NCBI GenBank assembly: GCA_012295275.1
Contig: CM022678.1
Span: 10,912,001-10,976,000 of the forward strand
Direction: 5' to 3'
From: Chrysomallon squamiferum
Taxonomy: Eukaryota; Animalia; Mollusca
DNA: 64,000 bases
Shown: positions 54,970 through 64,000 of the stretch, piece after piece
How the letters are laid out: each line of letters opens with the position of its first letter
Position numbering within the stretch: the stretch's first letter is position 1
Notes under the pieces: model-generated
What the model saw: only the letters and a program-made list of their open reading frames with translations
The model's database searches: none
Told to the model about the DNA's origin: nothing
Translations under genes and position numbers: made by a program

Positions 54970-55308
54970 GGTTTTTAATTCCTTGAAAATCATTAAAAAA
55001 AAAAAAAAAAAAAAAAAAACATTCCGGGGAATCGTACAGTTATGTCATTAACACACCTCTGGTGTGTGGGGCATTTTATGAGGGGTATGTAATTTCCTGC
55101 TACACCGGGTAATTTTCCTTTTACCTGGATGACGGTATGTGCAATGAAAAGGTAACAAAGAAGTAATTCTGTATCAAAGTGCAGTTGTTAGCACTGAGAG
55201 TTCGTTTCAGTGGTTATGTTACAAATAAATAAAATAAGACAAAATTTAACAGTGATATACAACACTACCTAACTTTTGACCGTTTCGACGTAATTCCCTA
55301 CGTTGCGT

Positions 55309-55344
<36 letters not shown>

Positions 55345-56650
55345 CTCTGTTATTTTTTACAAAACAAAAAAACTCTTCAGTTTAAAAGTAGCATTTATAT
55401 TAAAACTTCAGTAATACATTAGTTAAGAAACAACAACACTCAGAATCAATGAATAAACAAACAAAATAGGAAAGAAAGAAAGAAATGATGAAAAATAAAA
55501 AAATAAAAACGAAGAAGGAAAGCAAACGAGTTGATTTGTTTCGAATATTTCCGTTGTTTCTCGAAGTTGTCCGAGTTTTCTGCGCGGCGGAGGAGAAGAG
55601 AAAACGTGAAAATGAACACACGTGTCCTTGACATTCGACATGGACAGCTTGTTGCTGATGGAAACCTCCCATCTGAAAATAGCACGCCAGCCTCACACAA
55701 CAACTCCAGGGTTTTGCCAACTTGACGCAGACGAGAATCCCCCCTCCCTGCCTCCCTCGGGACGGGTGCGGTCGTGTTCCAGACTGATTTCCCGTCTTCT
55801 CTGGGGTAGTCTGGGTGGGGTTTTGGGGGGCGTGGTGGGTACAGAACCGTCTTGATTGCACTAATATGACGAACCTCGGCTAACAAACCGTCAGGCGTAG
55901 AGTAATGGGGGGGTTTCTTGGGGGGGGGGTATCAGATTTGAGATTTCATCACAGTAAAAATTTTGGGCGTTGTCATAGTTTCCGTCTTATGCGTGTCACC
56001 GCCGCGAGGTTGTGCTGCATCTGTTCTGCCGTCTGCGACACGACGTCGTCAACCCCCATGACGTAGTCTCCCGCGATTTAAAACGTTTCCAACGTGTTCT
56101 CCTCTCCTTTCTCTCTGTTTCAGCGAGATGCACGCTTGGTGTTCGACGTTGCTGCTTGCTGACACACCCGGGTGTGTCAGGACCAGTCACTCGATCCTCT
56201 TCATACAAAACTGTATACCAATTGAACAGGAAAAAGCTACAAGGCGCATGCGCCTGCTTAGTGAAGCGCGTATAAAAAAAATAAAAAACCCCACACCACC
56301 CAGGACAATAATACTTTGACACAGCAGACGACCCCGTACGAGCGAAATAAATCAAAACTGAGAAGAAGAAAAAAAGAAGAAATGACAGTAAAAGAAAAGG
56401 AAAGAAACACAAACACAGGCGGGCACCTGTTTAAAACGTGAAAACAGGGACAAGCTACACACTGTTTCTAAAACACTGATGTCTGAAACGTGGGCTTTAA
56501 CAGCAAAGCGGAGAAAGAAAAAAAAAGCATATATATTATCTGAGATACGTGTGTGTGTGTGTGTGTGTGTGTGCGTGCGTGCGTGTTGTGTGTGTGTGTT
56601 TTAATTACATCAGAATATCCTACTAATTTATATTTATATATATATATATG

Positions 56651-56737
<87 letters not shown>

Positions 56738-57534
56738 GTATATATATATACACATACATAGATATACATATTTATATATTCATAAAACACACATACACAC
56801 GACCCAATCTCAAAAGCTATCTGCTTCACCTTGTTAAAACTTTACATCACGATTTTGTTTTGTTCATCGCGTTGTACACGTAGAAAAAAAGATAGATTAT
56901 GATAACAACGTGTTTGTCACGCTGAAAAAGCAACGATTTATTCGAGCAGATTAACCCTAAAGCGTCACGCAAGCAAAAACATTCAGACAATTTTAAAAGT
57001 TCGTTCGTCTCTGCTATTAAATGCTCCCCAAAACAAAACGGATTTATAGACTGGTAACATCTTGGTACTTCTTGTCATGAAAATAAAGTGAGATTTTTTT
57101 TATTATTATTTATTTTTTTTTTTTATTATTATTATTATTATTTTTTTTTTTTTTTTTTTGGTTTTTTGGTACCTTTGTCGAATTCTTAAATTCGTCACGT
57201 CCCAGCGAAGTCAAATCATGAAGTAAGTATCAAATACCACGAAGTGCCGATCAAGGTTTCGTATTACCACGCAACCAGGAAGTGGCGTTAATCTTGGTGT
57301 TGGTAAATGATCTTCGGCGCTGATGGTCAGCCATTTTAAAAATGTCCTAAAATGGGGTCGCACTATTAAACGCCTGGCTTAAGTACGCGAAAGTCGCTTC
57401 AGAGCTTTTAGCACAGCTAGGAGGGTCAAAGGTCGATCTTTGTAACGGTGCGCATGTCTTCGCTTTTATATCAAAAGTTGTGTCCAAAAAAATGTATTTT
57501 TACTTGCTTGCCTTCAAACAAGTTTAAAAAAAAA

Positions 57535-57569
<35 letters not shown>

Positions 57570-58319
57570 AAAGGCTGAGAATAAAACCTGCAAACACATA
57601 ATCAAACGAAAGTTCATTCAGTCACCTTTCAAACAGGGTGCGACACTATGGTGTTGCATTTGGCGTAGAACTGAAAGTTTCGCCGTAAGTTACACTTTCT
57701 TCAGAACCAAATCGAGGTAGATTTTTTTTTTTTTTTTTTTTTTTTAATGTCTTGAAAGGACTGGCCCTGTTTAAAATGATTATATTTATATGTTGTTTAT
57801 ATTTTTAGAATGCTGAATCACTTTTAAAAAAAAAAAAAAACATCATAAAATCATAAATTGATCAGTTTTGAAATTTAGATTTGTTTTTCCTTGTTGACAA
57901 GCTCCGTCAGAGAAAATGTCAACAATGGTCAGGTAACTTTTGTTTGCAGTCAGCTCGCAGCAAGTACAAAGGTAAGAAAATTACTTTTTGTCTGCTTCAA
58001 ATGACAGACTTACCACACCTGTGCCTTTATTTTCATGATTTACATACATTTCATTACCTCCAATTAGTACCTGCACCACCTTTCTGGAGTAGACAAGTTT
58101 GTGTATTACAGATGCTTATAGTTAAACATCAAATGCTGGTAGCTTTTTTAAGTAACATTGTTTGTGCAATGTAAAAACTTGGTATAGTAATTCCTTTCAA
58201 GGTAACACTGAACATAAAACCAAAAAAATTAAAAGGACCCGGATCTTATTGATGCCGTGATATTCTCTTCTAAATAAACAATGAAAGAATATTTATTAAA
58301 TAATTCTTCTTTTGATTTT

Positions 58320-58637
58320 GTTTTCAGATGTTTAAAGTAGCCTGTCTGAATAAGTTAAATATGTTCCAGTTATTAACAAATTTCTTTTCTTTCTTTTTTT
58401 TTGACTTCTTTTCATGTCCTCAGTGACATCCGATCATATTGGGTTGTTGTTGTTATTTTTTTTTAAATAATTATCTTTAACATCAACAAACGGTCTACAA
58501 CTTTCTTCTAGTACTTAAATTTATAAAAAAAAAAAAAAAAAAAAAAAATTAAAAAATACTTTCCATTAATATTAGCATTTGCACTTTAACATAGTTTTAC
58601 AAAATAATTTTGAAAATACTTTTCAGATTGAGCGATG

Positions 58638-58698
<61 letters not shown>

Positions 58699-59740
58699 GT
58701 ATATATTAGTAGACTATTTTGATATAATTAAAACAGAGAAAAATTGGTGACACTTACATAGATAAAAAAAAATATGCCTGTCGTCTGAATGTGTCTTCTT
58801 CACACACAAAACTTCCTTTTCAAAGCAAATATTTAGAATTAATATCAACAAAACAGTTCCAGCCAAACAAGGAAATCACACACCGCGAATTGCAAGAAGC
58901 AAATTTTATTTAAAAAAATTCAGGGTATAATGGAAATTGTTTTTCTGCGAAATCTATTTTTGTCTCTTGAAAAAGCAGGTCACCTGAAAAATAGACTTTG
59001 TTTCCACCTCAACTACTACCACCCAGACACTGAGACCTTCCAACGTTCGTCATATCTGATTTCAAAAACAGAGTCTGTGCGGTTTATCAACGTTGCGTGT
59101 TTTCAGGGATGTGAGCACATAAAATTACAGTTCGTGGAAAACAGAAGGTGACGCATCTCACATTGCGACACCTGACTTGTCAGCTTTTGTGCAGTCAGGG
59201 TTCTTATAGTAATCTGAGATCGTTTCACAATGACGAAATGTAAAAGCCTCGATTTTTTTTGATTTTTTTTTTTTTTTTTTTTTTTACTGTTATTTTATTT
59301 ATTTACTTTAAATAACCATTTATTTATCATTAACGAACGGACTTTAAGAAAAACTTTTGATTTTTGTAAGAAAAAAAAAAATCCGATAACTGTTTTCAAA
59401 TTGATGAATACAAAAATACATTTCATAGAAATACGTCTCAAAAGACTAACTTGTCAGCATTTGGCAAACAGGTGGAATTAATTTCAAACTTTTATAGTTT
59501 TTCCACTGAACTTAATTTTAAAAGTTTAACATGTATAAATAAAATACAATATATAGGTAAATAGATCATATAGATATATAGATATTGTTATATTAAATAA
59601 ATAAATGTTTTGTTTTACAACTGCAGGAGATGGAATAAGTTTTCTTGACGGATTTTGATTAGCAAATGAAATGAAATTAAATTCAAATTTTTAGGGTTTT
59701 CGAAAAGTGACGAAGATTGCCGAGGTTATCACTGACAGCC
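58320..59740. repeat. Duplicated upstream block, paralogous to 50470-51975, ending in a degenerate promoter module (probably that of gene L)
   Basis: TTTTCAGATGTTTAAAGTAGCCTGTCTGAATAAG.. and the following ~1.4 kb match 50470 onward. The module at ~59615-59740 lacks the E-box. Confidence 0.75.
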
Positions 59741-60373
59741 GTTTATTATGTAGATATAGATATAGTAGATATATAGTAGTAGTAGTAGTGATCATATAGA
59801 TAGTAGATATTGTTATATTAAATAAACTGAAAAGTGTAAAATGAAGGTAAATTCCTTATATTAAGATAGAATTAACTTAGTTTTTGTTTGTTTGTTCAGC
59901 AAGTTGAAATGAAATTTTTTTTAAAGTAAATTGACAAAAATTTTCCTCCGAATCATTTTTATTTATTTATTTATTTAGTTACTTATGAATTTATTTATTT
60001 ATTGTTTTTATTTATTGATTATTGATTTATTTATTTTTATTTATTTGTTTTGTTTATTATTATTTATTAAATAAATAACTGTTGTTAAAATTAAATTATT
60101 ATTGTTGTTATTATTATTATTATTATTAGAGTTATTATTATTATTATTATTATAGTAACCTGAAATTGTAGTAAAATGAAGGTAAAGAGACTTATATTGA
60201 GATTTGAGACAGAGAGAGAGACAGACAGAGAGAGATATATAGTAATTTTCTTAGTTTTTTGTTTGTTTGTTTGTATGTGTTGTTTGTTTTGGTTGTTGAT
60301 TTTTTTTAAAGTAAATTCAGCACAATTTTTTTTTATCATTTTCATTTATTTATTTACTTAGTAACTTATGAAT

Positions 60374-60404
<31 letters not shown>

Positions 60405-60519
60405 TTTGTATTTATTTGTTTATTTTATTTTTTTATTTTTTTTTTTGTTTTTTTTTTGTTTATTTAAGTAAATAAATAACAAGGGAAATAATAAATATGT
60501 AAATAAAATAATATAAATG

Positions 60520-60812
60520 AAGTCTTTGATTTGTCATATAACTCAATCTAACTTCATGACGGTCATTTCTTGACAACAGAGCGAAGTCTGCAAGTTCGTA
60601 CAATTTACTGTTAAAAGTTATTTTATTTTCCCACACGTCTGTAAACCTGTTTAATCCATTCATTTCTTTGAAAAGTGTTTAGAATTTAAAACTAGGTCAG
60701 ATGGGTTCGTTTCTTGCTTGACAATAGAAATAACATCCTCTTGCTTGTGACAAAAGGTAGGTGAAGGTAGGTATGAACTCACTCGAGCCCTTGGTCACGA
60801 ACACACACTTCG
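60520..60812 (+). repeat. Inverted copy of a cluster upstream block
   Basis: 60726-60811 is the reverse complement of ~14868-14955 (also ~20485-20570). 60520-60680 is the reverse complement of ~30750-30900 / ~15030-15205. Confidence 0.75.
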
Positions 60813-61286
60813 GAGAGTTCGTTTTCCAAACTGCGCTGCATAAAAAAAAAAAAAAAAAAAAAAATAAAAATGCACAAAGAAAGACGACGGGAAAAAAAAA
60901 AAAAAAAAACGATTAAATATGCTGACGTTAACGAGTATCGAATTCGTGTTGTTGATAACGGTTCAGACTTCTTCCATTATTAAAGACTTTGCTCATACAC
61001 AATCTCGAAGGCGCGATATATGACTTAACCTTAACTTGAATCACACTTGTCTACTTGCCGAAACTTTGACCCACCTTTTCTGGGCGTGTATAAAGTTACA
61101 CCTATAGCGTAAAGGTATTTCTGCTGGTTTTTAATAGTTTCGACAATACATTTGTCAGAGTGTTCAAACAGTAAGGTGTGTTTATGTTGTATGAAAAGAT
61201 AGGATAATTGTTACTTTTGTAACTAGCCAGTAGTAGGGGCCTATGCTGAATTTTGCCCTGCACTTGCTTCATCCGGCTTTGAAGCT

Positions 61287-61351
<65 letters not shown>

Positions 61352-61508
61352 ATATAAAATAATATAAAATATGTAGAAATGTATTAGGCAAGTTGTTTTC
61401 AGGTATAGAAAATGTAATTAAAATATTTGTTACGACTAGATTTATGTCAAAACTTCAAAATAAATAATAAAAAAAAACATCTATGATAACAGGGAAAATA
61501 AAAACTAA

Positions 61509-61550
<42 letters not shown>

Positions 61551-61928
61551 CTGCCTACACAAACACAAAAAAAAAAAAAAAAAAAAAAAAAAAGATTCAC
61601 ACATTGTCAGTGTTGAAACAAAATACACTCTGAATAGAGGTAGTTCACATTCCACTGCGCATGTGCCAGTTGCTGGGTAATTCGCAGTCGCAAAATATTT
61701 AATTAATCGTGCTACTGCATGTTTTGTTTGTTGAACATAGCGTGTGGCCATGTTGTCAGAGTTCAGTCAGAGATGTGTCTGCAACAACGGTGTAAACACT
61801 CTGACTGTAAATGGTATCAGTGCAAAGACTTGCTGAACAAACAAGTTATTGTCAATGTGTGTAGTGCATCTGCGGGGGAGGAGGAGCTGGACCTGACTTG
61901 TTTTAAAAGATCGTTTTTCATTTATACT

Positions 61929-62276
<348 letters not shown>

Positions 62277-63133
62277 CGTAAGCATACATTTTTATAGGTG
62301 GGGGGATGACGGGCTGAATATGCTTATGCATACATTACATAAAGAAACATTTATATATACATGTATATGTACACACATACACACACACACACACACACGT
62401 ATACATACAAGCATGCATACATACATACATACATACATATATAAATCATACATAATATAATAAGACGCACACATACGCCCTAATTTTGAAGGGGGGGTGG
62501 GTATTTACAATATTTATACATCCATGTGCTTCCAGTAAACAAATTATCCATCCGAGAAATATTTATAACTTTTCTAACTTTTAAACGCTCATATGTCAAA
62601 TGTTTTTTAGTTTATTTTACGAGATAGTATTTTAATCTGGCGTTATCAAAATCTTTTGTCCGAGTTGTTGCAATGCTTTTTGATTTGAACCATACCACTG
62701 TAAATTTCAATGGACCGTTTTCTACAGCCATTATATAGTATAATTCGAAACATGTGCATGTTAGTTGCCAAAGTTTAAAGTCTCCTATGAAGCTATCATG
62801 TCGCCCATAACAACCTGTCTGTTACGCCCCTTAATTTGTAAACAGACTAGTTTCAGTCTAGTTGTCAAGGGACGTTACTCTATGCGCGTATGCCCAGTAT
62901 GAATGCGAAATACCTCCGTTCTGAAATTCTGATTGAAATTTCAAGAACAGTTTCCAGGATTTACTTCTTCAGATTATTATAAAGATAAAAATAAATATGA
63001 AACTGAATATTTTATTGATAACAAAAATATACTTGCATTTCAAGAAATTGCTTTATATATAATTTGTTGATAGTTACAATTACTACTGCCGTCATTATCA
63101 TTAGTGTTATATGTATTTATTGTTTTATTGTCA

Positions 63134-63194
<61 letters not shown>

Positions 63195-63622
63195 CACTAG
63201 TAGCAGTAGTAGTGGTAGTATTAATGTACTTTGAAATTATAACGAATTAAAATATGATGATGATGATGATGATGATGATAATAGTACTGAGTTTAATTAT
63301 TAAGCAGACATAAATAAAACAAATAACCAGTAAACAATTACAAAGTATTTTATTTCAAATAAATCAAATGATACATCCAACAACACAAATGTTACTTAAG
63401 TAGTACAACACGGCAAATAAAAAATAACAAAAATATTTATTATCAGTTCAATTTCATTCTTATTTCACCACTGATAAAACATTTCTGATATTAATATGCA
63501 AAATTTTAATTTTTACTCGATAAAATGATTTGAGAAAGATAAAAAAAAAAAAAAATTTAAATTATTTGTAACAAAAAAATAAAAGTAGTAACAGAAATAC
63601 AAAGTAAGAGACAGAAATAAAT

Positions 63623-63684
<62 letters not shown>

Positions 63685-63887
63685 TAAATAAATAAATAAA
63701 TAATCAAAGTAAATAAATAAATGATAATGATAAATAGAAAATATTCCTTAATGTTTTTAAATGCAGCATGGATTTTTTTGACACACTTTTAAGAGAATTT
63801 CAATCATTTTTATTTCTGTAACAGTTTAATTTTAAAATTAAAAATTATTTAAAACCCACAAAAATATACATTAAAATAAATAAAATA

Positions 63888-63928
<41 letters not shown>

Positions 63929-64000
63929 GTAAAGAAAGAAAAAAATTAAAAACAAAGAAACTAAGGCATAACTCCGTAAGACTGAAAAAGATGTGAGAGT

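Noticed and set aside
55690-55740. BH3-like motif LRQVGKTLE in ORF 55446-55886
   Set aside because: It lacks the conserved Asp of the BH3 core (GD), the ORF has no ATG start and there is no exon structure.
62540-62960. Possible dispersed repeat or DNA-transposon fragment
   Set aside because: No termini, second copy or coding similarity visible in this window, so it cannot be supported without a database search.

Overview
AT-rich, microsatellite-dense eukaryotic genomic DNA from an invertebrate animal (a mollusc is plausible but cannot be proven from sequence alone). Most ORFs in the supplied track are simple-repeat artefacts. The real content is a minus-strand tandem array (about 0.1-53.5 kb) of spliced PLAC8/cornifelin-family (Cys-rich, onzin-like) genes that I rebuilt by hand from GT-AG sites. 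Eight loci have intact frames (A, C, D, E, F, G, K, L). The others are pseudogene B, frameshifted J, a triplicated pseudo-exon (C-prime) and a deletion-fused I/H pair. Two subfamilies are interleaved. Type I (A, B, D, E, G) has WSSG...ATDL.ES...QNNIQ, and most members carry an extra MAE start exon, with PPEY in D and E. Type II (C, F, H, I, J, K, L) has WSTG...ASDLGES...HNIM and a variable number of 15-aa Q/P-rich N-terminal repeats. Most copies carry a conserved non-coding first exon and promoter module, usually with the palindrome GTCACGTGAC (CLEAR/E-box). Type I introns carry CRE and YY1 motifs. Other features are a pogo/Tigger transposase remnant, a putative MITE, several minisatellites (one built from the first-exon splice donor) and a local inversion near 60.5 kb. 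Gene models and regulatory roles are inferred from sequence only.
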